Shown here: positions 8,293-17,658 of the stretch, piece after piece
Position numbering within the stretch: position 1 is the first letter of the stretch
Layout of the letters: every line of letters starts with the position of its first letter
NCBI GenBank assembly: GCA_051439505.1
Contig: JBFRWI010000042.1
Location: forward strand, 1-43,503
DNA: 43,503 bases
Source of the DNA: Hormoscilla sp.
GTDB lineage: Bacteria; Cyanobacteriota; Cyanobacteriia; Cyanobacteriales; Desertifilaceae
Direction of reading: 5' to 3'
Notes under the pieces: generated by a model
What the model saw: the letters and a program-made list of their open reading frames with translations, nothing else
Told to the model about the DNA's origin: nothing
Database searches by the model: none
Position numbers and translations under genes: made by a program

Positions 8293-9120
8293 TCATTCGA
8301 CCTCAACCCGGTTGAGCTGTTGTAAAATGCGGTTAAGGCGATCGACCTGTCGGGACTTGCCCTGCTGTTGAAATAAATCCCTAGCAGTCTGAAGAGTCTG
8401 GCGTGCAAGTACGAGATCGCCTTGTCGATAAAGAGTCAAACCCAGGTTAGCGCGGGCCTCAGCAAAATCAGGATTAACGATAATAGCTTGACGCCAAGCA
8501 GCGATCGCCTCCGATAGTCGCTTTTTAGTCGCCAGAGCATTAGCCAAGTTATAATGAGCCAGGGCGTGAGTGGGTTGCAGAGCAATAGCCTGCTGGTAAT
8601 GAGCGATCGCCTCATCCATGTGATCTTGAGCAACCAGGGCATTACCCCAATTAAAATGGGCCTCAGCAAGGCGGGGATGGAGGCGAAGGGCACCACGGTA
8701 AACACCAATGGCCCCATTCAGGTCTCCTTGACTGGCCAAAGCCGCACCCAAATTAACATGAGCTTCCGCTAGCATGGGATTGAGATCGATCGCGATCCGA
8801 TAATGGTCGATCGCCTCAGTAATTTGGCCCGCTTCTTCTAATAACACCCCCAGTTTATAATAAGCTTCTGCTTGTTCGGCATTCTGTTGCATCTGTTCTT
8901 GACGCAAATAAATACCAGGATCCAAAGTTTCAGAACCAGCCGCCACAGCAGCAGATGGTCCGATCGCACTAGCAACTAACAAGATCGATAGCAACCTATA
9001 GCCCGCGCAGGCGGTTGCCGCGCTGCGCTCGCAATGACATTGCTTCGTTCCTGTAGCCCCACCCTCGTTTCCTGGCTCTGCCTGGGAACGCAAGGTGGGG
9101 ATGGGGGCAAATTTAACCAT
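8293..9120 (-). CDS. TPR repeat protein, likely exported; N-terminus contains ~100 nt of REP-derived sequence
   Basis: Five TPR-like units (AEAYYKLG, AEAHVNLG, AEAHFNWG, ALAHYNLA, AEARANLG). Hydrophobic LLSILLVASAIGPSAAVAA. 9000-9100 is a composite REP. Confidence 0.85.
   Translation of the reverse strand: MVKFAPIPTLRSQAEPGNEGGATGTKQCHCERSAATACAGYRLLSILLVASAIGPSAAVAAGSETLDPGIYLRQEQMQQNAEQAEAYYKLGVLLEEAGQITEAIDHYRIAIDLNPMLAEAHVNLGAALASQGDLNGAIGVYRGALRLHPRLAEAHFNWGNALVAQDHMDEAIAHYQQAIALQPTHALAHYNLANALATKKRLSEAIAAWRQAIIVNPDFAEARANLGLTLYRQGDLVLARQTLQTARDLFQQQGKSRQVDRLNRILQQLNRVEVE
9000..9100 (+). repeat. Composite nested REP (AGCCCGCGCAGGC family with two secondary insertions)
   Basis: Compared with simple copies at 164-214 and 21120-21169, this copy has extra segments at 9015-9041 and 9066-9090. 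Confidence 0.8.
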
Positions 9121-9140
9121 AGTTTAATATCCTCGATCTG

Positions 9141-9258
9141 ATGGCAAATTGTAAATGGCAAATTGTGAATGGCAAATTGTGAATGGCAAATGGAGGTACC
9201 GATGAAGTCTTAGATGGATAATTGCTCAATTTGCAATTTTCAATTTGCAATTTTCAAT
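9141..9258. repeat. STRR-type 14/7-mer tandem repeats
   Basis: (ATGGCAAATTGTRA)x3 at 9141-9190 and (CAATTTGCAATTTT)x2 at 9227-9258. Confidence 0.8.
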
Positions 9259-9265
9259 CCGTTCT

Positions 9266-10354
9266 TCAGATAATTTTCCAGGCATCAGGCAAAATTAACA
9301 TCGCATCGCCAAAAGAATAGAAGCGATATTGGTGGCCGATCGCCTCTCGATAGAGGTGCAGCAAGCGATCGCGTCCCAGCATAGCGCTAACCAGCATCAG
9401 CAAACTAGAACGGGGCAAATGAAAATTGGTAATCAACCCATCTAGCACCCGCCAGCGATAGCCCGGATAGATAAACAAATCCGTCTTACCAGTATAGGCT
9501 TCCAGTTCTCCTGAATGGGCAGCAGCTTCCAGCGATCGCACCACCGTCGTCCCCACCGCCAGCACCCGCCCGCCGGCAGCCTTGGTTTTCCGAATTTCTG
9601 CTACAGTTGCTTCCGGCACTGAGATCCACTCTCCATGCATGTGATGGCTAGTCACATCTTCTACCTCCACAGGTCTAAAAGTACCGACGCCCACATGTAG
9701 CGTCACATACCGCTGTTCTATGCCCCGCTGTTGCAACCTTGACAGCAATTCCGGAGTAAAATGTAACCCCGCAGTCGGTGCTGCCACGGAGCCCGCTTGC
9801 CGCCCATAGACAGTCTGATACTGTTCTGGCAGGGCCTGAGATGCCTTAATATAGGGTGGAAAGGGGACGTGACCGAAATCTGGCAGCAACTGCTCCAGAT
9901 CGATTCCAGATGGAAGTTCAAATTGTAACAGCCGCCCCGCAGTTTCCGCATCCGTAGCTACTACGGTTGCTTTCAGTTCTATGTCACTATGAAGACAAGG
10001 TGTAAACAGAATCTTAGCGCCCGGTTTCAGGCGTCGGCCCGGTTTCACCAAAGCTAGCCAGCAGTTTGACTGACGGGGTTCTAGTAATAAAACTTCTACA
10101 GGAGTACCGGTATCTTTGTGACCGTAGAGTCGAGCTGGCAGGACGCGAGTATCGTTGAGAACCAGCAAATCTCCTGGTTGGAGGAGGTCGGGTAAATCAC
10201 GAAAGAACCGGTGCTGATGGTGAGTAGGGGAGTCTACCACCAGCAAGCGAGAACTATCCCTGGGCGTCACCGGATTCTGAGCAATCAGATCCTCCGGCAG
10301 ATCGTAGTCGTAACTGGCTAAAGTTAAGTCCTTCTTAGGGCGATCGGGCAGCAC
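9266..10354 (-). CDS. queA: S-adenosylmethionine:tRNA ribosyltransferase-isomerase
   Basis: YDYDLPEDLIAQ, VLNDTRVLPARL, YQTVY, GSVAAPTAGLHFT, TLHVGVGTF, TNFHLPRSSL, YRFYSFGDAM. Confidence 0.98.
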   Translation of the reverse strand: MLPDRPKKDLTLASYDYDLPEDLIAQNPVTPRDSSRLLVVDSPTHHQHRFFRDLPDLLQPGDLLVLNDTRVLPARLYGHKDTGTPVEVLLLEPRQSNCWLALVKPGRRLKPGAKILFTPCLHSDIELKATVVATDAETAGRLLQFELPSGIDLEQLLPDFGHVPFPPYIKASQALPEQYQTVYGRQAGSVAAPTAGLHFTPELLSRLQQRGIEQRYVTLHVGVGTFRPVEVEDVTSHHMHGEWISVPEATVAEIRKTKAAGGRVLAVGTTVVRSLEAAAHSGELEAYTGKTDLFIYPGYRWRVLDGLITNFHLPRSSLLMLVSAMLGRDRLLHLYREAIGHQYRFYSFGDAMLILPDAWKII

Positions 10355-10465
10355 CGGCTAAATTTCCTACCATTAAAATTACTATATATGCTATTATCAC
10401 ATCCGCAACGGGCTGGGCACAGGACCGTATCCCATACCTAGCGAGCGATCCCCAATTTGGGGGAA

Positions 10466-10507
10466 TTGGGGGAATCTCCCCATATCAGATCGGGGAGATT
10501 CCCCCAA
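10466..10507. promoter_or_regulatory. Perfect 16-bp inverted repeat in a divergent promoter region (candidate operator)
   Basis: TTGGGGGAATCTCCCC-N10-GGGGAGATTCCCCCAA; each arm contains GGGGA-N3-TCCCC. Confidence 0.5.
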
Positions 10508-10572
10508 CATGGAGTAGCTGTCATTAGGGAGAATATAAATATAGTGTTAAGCTTGGTCGCCAAGAAAAGAAT

Positions 10573-10962
10573 ATGGAATACACTTACTACCTCCCCAACG
10601 CCAGTCTAACTCTGAGAATAATTGAATATCTGCATGCTACGCGCCGACTACCAGTAGCATTCGTGACCGTGATCCATCAGATTGACGGCTGGGTGATGAA
10701 AATCAAACTAGCTAAGCGACTAGACGCCCAGGAAGAAGGAGATTTTCGGGCTTACCTGAACGAAGTAGGGTTCCCTTACCAACCGGAAATCCGGGTGCAG
10801 ATGGCTCTGTGGAGCTTAGAAACAGGACAGTCGCCCATTGACGTGATGCGGCGCTACCAGGTAGCGGTAGTCTCCCACGGCAGTCCCAACCGCCGGGAGA
10901 TCGAAGAATTTCGCAAGCAATTCGTGCAAGGATTGGGATATTGTCCAGAAACTCTAGCTTAG
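10573..10962 (+). CDS. Conserved cyanobacterial hypothetical protein
   Basis: Clean 129-aa ORF. ME.Y.YL.NASLTLR...FVTVIHQIDGW...GLGYCPETLA is a family I recognise but cannot name. Confidence 0.8.
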   Translation: MEYTYYLPNASLTLRIIEYLHATRRLPVAFVTVIHQIDGWVMKIKLAKRLDAQEEGDFRAYLNEVGFPYQPEIRVQMALWSLETGQSPIDVMRRYQVAVVSHGSPNRREIEEFRKQFVQGLGYCPETLA

Positions 10963-11028
10963 CCGAAAATATTAAATCATGTCTGTCAAGCGCTAGGTGG
11001 GCAGTGCCCACCCTACTGCTAGCAGATG

Positions 11029-11400
11029 TTAATCATAGATAGCGTATTTCTTGAGATCGTTAAGCGACACATGTTCTAAGGCAGCTGCATGGGTTGCTGA
11101 CAAGACCACTGGCGGCGCCACGCCAGCATCCAGGGCCTGCTGCCACCGAGAAGCACACAAACACCAGCGATCGCCCGGTTGGAGACCGGGGAAGTTATAT
11201 CCTGGAACTGGGGTACTGAGATCGTTGCCCTGCCTTTTGGTAAAGGCCAGAAACTCTTCAGTTACTTGAGCGCAGACTACATGCACGCCGAAGTCTCCTG
11301 CGCCCGTGTCACATTTACCATTGCGATAAAATCCAGTCATGGGAGAAGTGCAGCAAACTTGGAGTGGGCCTCCCAGCACATTCTGAGCATCTGTCATCAC
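11029..11400 (-). CDS. DUF2237 family protein
   Basis: NVLGGPLQVCC..PMTGFYRNGKC...GNDLSTP...GLQPGDRWCLCASRW. Confidence 0.92.
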   Translation of the reverse strand: MMTDAQNVLGGPLQVCCTSPMTGFYRNGKCDTGAGDFGVHVVCAQVTEEFLAFTKRQGNDLSTPVPGYNFPGLQPGDRWCLCASRWQQALDAGVAPPVVLSATHAAALEHVSLNDLKKYAIYD

Positions 11401-11648
11401 AGTCGAGCCTTATATAGCAACAAATAAAATTATAAAACTGACCGCCGATAGCGGGATTTAAGATTGACCTTATTTTTGCGGCAATATTGCGATAGGATTT
11501 TGGGATCCAACTGACTGGCTGTGTCCCTTGACAGGCATGACATGATAGGATCTCATACTTGTCAAGGGACACGGGTGCTTCGCCAGCAATAGTTGGGGAA
11601 CGGGGTGCTAGCCTATTGATTTTGTTTCCATTGTCGCCAAAACTACTA

Positions 11649-13481
11649 ATGGGTAAAATGCTAACCCCGAGCGATCGCCTGCTAATGCAGAGGAGGCATC
11701 AGCTATTAGAAGCCATGAAAAATCAAGTGCAAGGGCGTCTAGAGCAGTCCTTGCATCGCGCGGTGCTCAGGGATCTAGTCAGAGATGGGCAAGCAGAACG
11801 GCCCGGACGGGATATTAATGTCAAGATTGAGGGTAGTCGCACTTTCGGGTTACCGCACCAGACAAGTCTGAGGGAAATATTCGAGCAGAATCAGGGTGTA
11901 TGGCTGATTTTGGGGTTGCCAGGAGCTGGTAAAACCACGACCCTGCTAGAACTCGCTCGGGAACTGCTCGCAAATGTCCAAAAAGACCAACCCGTGCCAG
12001 TTTTATTCGACCTTTCAACTTGGCAAGGGGAGGATCTTGCCGACTGGTTGGTGGCTCAACTTGCATGCAACTATAGCCTGCAAGTGAATATGGGCAGAAT
12101 GTGGCTGGATAATGGTCAGTTGCTGCTGCTATTGGATGGACTAGATCGACTGGAGTTGCAGCGTCAAGAACAATGCCTTGAGGCGATCGAGCGGCTGCTT
12201 GAGAATGCTTCCCAACCGATAAATATGATTGCTTGTTTTTGCCTGGAGGAGTATAAAAGCTGCAAAAATAAGCTGCGATTAAAAGGGGCGGCTTGGTTGC
12301 AACCTCTGAGGGATACTCAAATTAAAGACTATTTGGTAAATGCGAGAAGTCGGGAACTTTGGCAGTGCATCTACAATGAACCGCAGTTGTTGGCCTTAGC
12401 AAAGAAACCGCTGCTGCTGAACCTGATGACTCTAGCAGATGAAGAAATTTTAATTCATTCCTGGAGGCGCATTACTTCTGAGGTGGGACGGCATCAATAT
12501 TTGTTGAATGCCTATATGCGTCGGATGTTGACAGTCGGGATCGATCGGCGATGGTATGCTAAAGGTAAAGATCCGCGCCCAGAGTTGACTAGGCATTGGC
12601 TGATGAAGCTGGCCGTGAGGATGAAACAGGAGAATAAGAGCGAGTTTTTGATTGAGGAAATGCAGCCTACTTGGTTGCCAAATCCCAGACAAAGGCAAAT
12701 TTATTGGCTGGGGGTAGGGGTAATAAGTGGGCTGACGATCGGGCTAATTACGGGAGTATCTGTGGGGCTGGTAACTGCTAATCTAATGCTAGTGTCGATC
12801 GCGGGTATAACTGCTGGCTTGTTGGCGGGATTGCTAGCTGGGATGATGTCAAAACGGGATCGAATTGTCTTGAGCGATCGGGCGATCTTGCCGGGAGTGA
12901 AGCTATGGCAGCGGTTCCTGAAGTTGCCGGGTTGCAAGTGGATAATGGTGCTGATCGCGGGGCTAATTTTGGGGAGTGTTTTGGGTTTGGGGTTGCGTTT
13001 CGGGTTAATGACGGGGTTAGTGGCCGTTCCGATCGTGGGGTTAGCAAGCCTAATTGTGGGGCAGATCATGAGATTGACTATTCCTCATATTCGGGGTCGA
13101 ACTTTTGCGAATCAGGGTATCAAGCAGTCAGCAATTATATCTGGGGTAGTGGCGCCAACTGTGGGGTTGCTAGTTGGAGGTATTGCAGGACTGCTGACTG
13201 GATATATTAGCGGTCCGAGTCATGGTTGGTTGGCGGGGTTAGTGGTGGGACTGGTAAGTTGCTTGGCCATCGCCCTTTATCCAGGTTTAGCTTGTATACA
13301 GCATTTCATGTTGCGCTTATTGCTCTATCGAAGTGGAGCAATTCCCTGGAATTACGCCCGCTTTCTCAATTATGCCACGAGCAGATTATTGTTGCAAAGA
13401 TGGGGCGGACGCTATCAATTCAGGCATGATTTGCTGCAAGATCATTTCGCGCAACTGCAAGAGTTGAATATTAAATTATGA
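11649..13481 (+). CDS. NACHT-family NTPase with C-terminal glycine-rich transmembrane region
   Basis: Walker A GLPGAGKTT, Walker B LLLLDGLD, PLLL motif, terminal QHF.LR...G.IPWNYARFL.YA..R.LLQR.GG.Y.F.H. ATG 11649 preferred over TTG 11559. Confidence 0.88.
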   Translation: MGKMLTPSDRLLMQRRHQLLEAMKNQVQGRLEQSLHRAVLRDLVRDGQAERPGRDINVKIEGSRTFGLPHQTSLREIFEQNQGVWLILGLPGAGKTTTLLELARELLANVQKDQPVPVLFDLSTWQGEDLADWLVAQLACNYSLQVNMGRMWLDNGQLLLLLDGLDRLELQRQEQCLEAIERLLENASQPINMIACFCLEEYKSCKNKLRLKGAAWLQPLRDTQIKDYLVNARSRELWQCIYNEPQLLALAKKPLLLNLMTLADEEILIHSWRRITSEVGRHQYLLNAYMRRMLTVGIDRRWYAKGKDPRPELTRHWLMKLAVRMKQENKSEFLIEEMQPTWLPNPRQRQIYWLGVGVISGLTIGLITGVSVGLVTANLMLVSIAGITAGLLAGLLAGMMSKRDRIVLSDRAILPGVKLWQRFLKLPGCKWIMVLIAGLILGSVLGLGLRFGLMTGLVAVPIVGLASLIVGQIMRLTIPHIRGRTFANQGIKQSAIISGVVAPTVGLLVGGIAGLLTGYISGPSHGWLAGLVVGLVSCLAIALYPGLACIQHFMLRLLLYRSGAIPWNYARFLNYATSRLLLQRWGGRYQFRHDLLQDHFAQLQELNIKL

Positions 13482-13520
13482 TTGAAGGGCGATCGCCCCT
13501 TGGACGCTGCAATTCACAAT

Positions 13521-13566
13521 AGCACAGCCGATCGCCTCCCCGTGACGGCAGGCGATCGGCTATGCT
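13521..13566. terminator. Hairpin between convergent NACHT and tandem-gene copy 1 (second copy at ~14187-14219)
   Basis: AGCACAGCCGATCGCCT-loop-AGGCGATCGGCTATGCT; the stem is made of HIP1-like sequence. Confidence 0.55.
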
Positions 13567-13613
13567 ATTTCCTCAGACTGATATCAGTCATGGGCCAGAT
13601 CGGACTATCCCTG

Positions 13614-13994
13614 TTAAGACTCATTGTCAGGCAAGATCGAAAGACTTACTTGACCGGTGTTGTCAGACTTGTTGGTATCGATAAATAAAGCATTAACAGT
13701 CACGGTCTCTTTCACTTCTAACGTGACCGTATCAGAATATCCGTTCAAACTCTCCCAAGTCGCTATGGTTTCGTTACCAGTCTGGAGGTCGGTGAATTTG
13801 CCTCCGTATATCCACAGCAAGACAAATGGCTCTCCTTTATCATCCGGTCCATAGCTAAAGTTGCCACTATTGAGCCGCAGCACGTAAGTCCCAGGCTCTA
13901 AAGTTGCAGCCGCCGCTATCTTTTGCAGGTTGTCCATCCATTCGGTGCTGACTTCCACGCAATTTTCCTGGCTGTCAATTGTGATCCTTGGCAT
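13614..13994 (-). CDS. Small acidic beta-rich hypothetical protein, tandem copy 1
   Basis: 126 aa with a good SD (AGGAG), near-identical to 14263..14652; EPFVLLWIYGGK...TWESLNGY motif. Confidence 0.85.
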   Translation of the reverse strand: MPRITIDSQENCVEVSTEWMDNLQKIAAAATLEPGTYVLRLNSGNFSYGPDDKGEPFVLLWIYGGKFTDLQTGNETIATWESLNGYSDTVTLEVKETVTVNALFIDTNKSDNTGQVSLSILPDNES

Positions 13995-14262
13995 GTTTTC
14001 CTATCTCCTTTTCCTCATGTAACTTGTCTGACGTGAGATTGTAGGGCAAAAACCCACTCGCGTCAAATGTAATCAACTGTCGCGCCCGATCGCTACTGTC
14101 GTCCCTCATCCGATCTATTGAAAATAACTCTAAACGCATCAGCCTGGCCATTCTGGGCCAATAGCAATTCACAATTAGTCAAAAAACGATCGCCTCCCCG
14201 TGACGGCAGGCGATCGGCTGTACTATTTCTTCAGACTGATATCAGTCCTGACCCATATCAGG

Positions 14263-14652
14263 CTATCCCTCTTCAGACTCATTGTCAGGCAAGATCGAAA
14301 GACTCACTTGACCGCTATTGTCAGACTTGTTGGTATCGAGGAATAAAGCATTAACGGTCACGGTCTCCTTTACTGTTAATGTGACCGAGTCAGAATATCC
14401 GTTCAAACTCTCCCAAGTCGCGATGGTTTCGTTACCAGTCTGGAGGTCGGTGAATTTGCCTCCATATATCCACAGCAAGACAAATGGCTCTCCTTTATCT
14501 TCCGGTCCATAGCTAAAGTTGCCACTATTGAGCCGCAGCACGTAAGTCCCAGGCTCCAAAGTTGCGGCGGCAGCTGTCTTTTGCAGGTTGTCCATCCATT
14601 CGTTGCTGACTTCCACGCAATTTTTCTGGCTGTCAATTGTGATCCTTGCCAT
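14263..14652 (-). CDS. Small acidic beta-rich hypothetical protein, tandem copy 2
   Basis: 129 aa with SD AGGAG. Flanking DNA is also duplicated (13509-14066 vs 14164-14725). Confidence 0.85.
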   Translation of the reverse strand: MARITIDSQKNCVEVSNEWMDNLQKTAAAATLEPGTYVLRLNSGNFSYGPEDKGEPFVLLWIYGGKFTDLQTGNETIATWESLNGYSDSVTLTVKETVTVNALFLDTNKSDNSGQVSLSILPDNESEEG

Positions 14653-14773
14653 GTAAAACCTATCTCCTAAGGGTAATGTTACTTGTCTGACTTGAGATTG
14701 TAGGGCAAAAACCCACTCGCGTCAAGCTGTGACAAATTTTTATTGCACAGCCTAGGGCATTATAGCACGGGGC

Positions 14774-14897
14774 GGATTTTTGGCAACCCCTTCACGCCAA
14801 AGCGCTACCGGTGCAGATTCTCCACCCCAGGGGTTGTCCCTCGCCCGATCTATAATCTTTCGGTATTGTAACAGAAGTTACAGCGCATTAGAAGTGG
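14774..14897 (-). pseudogene. Diverged relic copy of the restriction-endonuclease 3' end plus downstream flank
   Basis: Aligns to 14896-15023 (TGGCAACCCCTT...AGCGCTACCGGTG...CCAGGGGTTGTCCC...TTCGGTATTGTAAC...GCATTAGAA) with substitutions, an internal stop and a small deletion. Confidence 0.8.
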
Positions 14898-14926
14898 ATT
14901 TTTGGCAACCCCTTGGCGCCAGAGCG

Positions 14927-15586
14927 CTACCGGTGAATATTCTCCACTCCAGGGGTTGTCCCCGCGATCGCCAGTTCTATAATCCTTCGGTATTGTAACC
15001 TCCATTGCAGGGCATTAGAAATGGTGATGTAACCTTGTTCCGGAGGTTGGAGCATTATGCGATCGGCCAGGGTCTCACGTCCAATCTCGTCTAGAGGTAG
15101 GTTACGATCTTCTAGGAATGCAACCACATCATCTTTGTTACCATTACGACGTATGATTTCTCTCAACCAATGGGTCGTTTGGTAATCTCCTGTGCGATCG
15201 CGTTCCACAAAAATAGCATATTGGAAATTCAAAACGGCAGCACGTGATTCATGATTGTCGATCTTCTCATAAGCGAACTCAATTATATGATAACCCAGTC
15301 CATAAACTTTCTGACTAGCATCCCGAAATGGACAATATGACTGGGGTTGTTCGATCGATGTTACCTTAATGTCAACTTCTAACTCGGGAAAATCAATACC
15401 GCTAGCAGCACTCCCTGCTGTATATGAATACTTGGCTGTCAGATATCGATTGAATGCTTGTTCAACGTAGGTTCCTACTGCCTTGCCATCCGTGATACCA
15501 TACAACTCGGAAATCGGCATAGCACTCAATTGAAGCACAAAATTTCCTGCCTCAGTCTTTAGTCAAGGTAGGGTCAGGACTTGCAT
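14927..15586 (-). pseudogene. NspV-like type II restriction endonuclease with a nonsense codon at codon 8
   Basis: LYGITDGKAVGTYVEQ, SGIDFPELEVDIKVTS, QPQS.CPF, GNKDD, TISNALQWRLQY match R.NspV as I recall it. In-frame ATG at 15586 gives MQVLTLP*LKTEAG (TGA at 15563-15565). Restart at GTG 15538 would give a truncated product. Confidence 0.75.
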
Positions 15587-15695
15587 CTTATGCGACTCTC
15601 TATGTTAAATTGCTAAAGTCATTTGCACGGAAAACCAACTGTCCAAATATCGCCAATGCCAGCCAAAAATCACACAGCTTTTAGTTTATCTTTTT

Positions 15696-16473
15696 TCATC
15701 CATCTACACTCACAAGTTGCCGCAAAAACTCTGTGAAATTAGCTAGCGCTGTCACCTCTGTTTCAGTTTGCCCACTCACCCAATTATTATCTGCTATACT
15801 CACGGTATTGGTTTTCCCCGGTTTCAGCACGCTGACTACAGTAGCAACTAGGGCCTTCTCCCGATCGAACGGTTTCCACTGAGCGAGATTTTCTCTCCTC
15901 TGGGGAGAACTTGTCAAGATACTCTTGGGCCCTTTCCAGGTACTCGGGATAAGCAATTTCTCCACAAAGACATAGCAAAGTCTCCAACACTCCTGGGTTA
16001 ACATTATCTGGTAACACGTATATTCCCGTGCGCGGAACGCTGGTATCGACAACCCCCGCCCGATCGGGAAAATTAGGAAAATACCTGCGAAAGCAATTAC
16101 AGTAGGGTTCCACAACCGCATCTGGGGCTTTGCGATCGGCATCTGCTACAATTCCAAATGCCACCAGTTCTTCTTGATAGGGAGGATTATTTCGGATAAA
16201 CTCATCCAAACTATTCACTAAGTTACTCCCCTCTCCTGCGTATATGGCCACCGAAACTGAATCATTATACAGGATCGATGGCATATCCAGACGCTTGTAC
16301 AAATCTCCGTCTTTGGGATAGTTGGGTTTAAACTTGCGCCAGAACTTGTCCAAATTATCCTCTAATCCTCCCAACTCCTTTCTAAAATCTTTGAAACCCA
16401 GTAGCTGCTTGAGTACCTTGCCAACAAATGCTTGGTCTTGCGGTCCCTCAACCCCAATTATAGCATACTTCAC
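15696..16473 (-). pseudogene. TOPRIM-like (DUF3226-type) protein, frameshifted near 15880-15900
   Basis: N-terminal GVEGPQD, GIVADAD (DxD) and PDN..PG.LETLL in ORF 15787..16473. The natural C-terminus WKPFDREKALVATVVSVLKPGKTN...FL is in another frame (ORF ending 15696); the 778-nt span is 3n+1. Confidence 0.75.
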
Positions 16474-17588
16474 CAGCGCACCTCCATACCCAAATCTTGC
16501 CGCACCCGTTGCAGTCGATCGCGATCTATTCTGAGCAATTTAGTCCGCGACTCCCGTGGATATAATCGATATAGCACCAAATCTGGTGCTATCTTAGAAG
16601 CACTCAAGAGTTCGTCAACGGTTTCCAAGCTGTGAGTTGTTGCAAATAGCTGCACGTCCATCTGCTGACACCATTGAACTAGCCAGGAAAATGAGGGTTT
16701 GAGCACTTCAGTATGAATGGCTGTTTCTAGTTCGTCAATCAGCAGAACTCCCCCTCGCACTTTGACCAAACTTGAGGCTATGTACAGCAGACGGCGGACA
16801 CCATCACCGAAAGCACTTAACGGCGATCGCCCTATCTGTTTGTGGTTGATATAAAGTCTCGGAGTACCTCCACGAACAGATAAAACATCTAAGTCGATGA
16901 TTCCCTCGTCCATTACCTGGAGTAATTTGATTACATCTGGTTTAAATCCATCCAAAGTCGCTTCTGATAACAATTCCACTTGGAACTTTTCACTGCGGTG
17001 AGAAACAGGAGTCACTGTATCGACTGGCAGATCTAATTTAGAGCGCTTTCCACGATTAACAAAACGCTCATTTTCCCAAATTTGGACAGTTTTCGATAAT
17101 TCTTCATGCTTGTCGAACAAGCTGAGTTGATCTTCTGAAAGCGTAGCCTTCATCTCTAATTCGGCACCTCTAACAGTTTTCGCTTCCTCGTATTCAATGT
17201 CCGACTCAATCTTATCGGGGTATGGATCTGTTCCTTCAAACTCTCGGTAGATTGCTTTCGACTCCCTCACCGAAAAGTTTCCATCTCCAGAGATATGGGT
17301 TTCTCCCTGATAAAACTCCCCGACGGGGACTGTACTCTTCTGGGGAAACAGCCACTTGAGGGCTTCCAACTGGGGTTTGCGAGATGACTTGATCTCTCGA
17401 CGCCAGGCAGTATTTAGCCATGCTAGGGGGTCTAAGGGACGACAGTATGTTGATATCGCCTCTAACACGCTGGTTTTGCCGGAGTTGTTGACTCCCACAA
17501 ACAGGTTTATTTGCCCCAAGGACTCTAAGCCGATCTCTTGCAGTCCCCGGAAACTATGGATAGTTAAATTTTCCAGATTTTTCATCAT
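16470..17588 (-). CDS. ABC-type ATPase (AAA_15/AAA_21 family)
   Basis: I..FRGL, Walker A GVNNSGKT, signature LSAFGDG, Walker B LLIDELETAIH, H-loop ATTHS. Stop overlaps the GTG start of the TOPRIM gene (GTGA). Start ATG 17588 or 17585. Confidence 0.9.
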   Translation of the reverse strand: MMKNLENLTIHSFRGLQEIGLESLGQINLFVGVNNSGKTSVLEAISTYCRPLDPLAWLNTAWRREIKSSRKPQLEALKWLFPQKSTVPVGEFYQGETHISGDGNFSVRESKAIYREFEGTDPYPDKIESDIEYEEAKTVRGAELEMKATLSEDQLSLFDKHEELSKTVQIWENERFVNRGKRSKLDLPVDTVTPVSHRSEKFQVELLSEATLDGFKPDVIKLLQVMDEGIIDLDVLSVRGGTPRLYINHKQIGRSPLSAFGDGVRRLLYIASSLVKVRGGVLLIDELETAIHTEVLKPSFSWLVQWCQQMDVQLFATTHSLETVDELLSASKIAPDLVLYRLYPRESRTKLLRIDRDRLQRVRQDLGMEVRW

Positions 17589-17658
17589 ATTAGCACCATA
17601 CAAGATAGATGACATATCCCATAGCATACCTCACAACCGCACCGGAGCCAGGTAACGA

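Noticed and set aside
14774..15023. Diversity-generating retroelement TR/VR pair
   Set aside because: Differences are not adenine-specific, include a deletion and a stop, and no reverse transcriptase is present.
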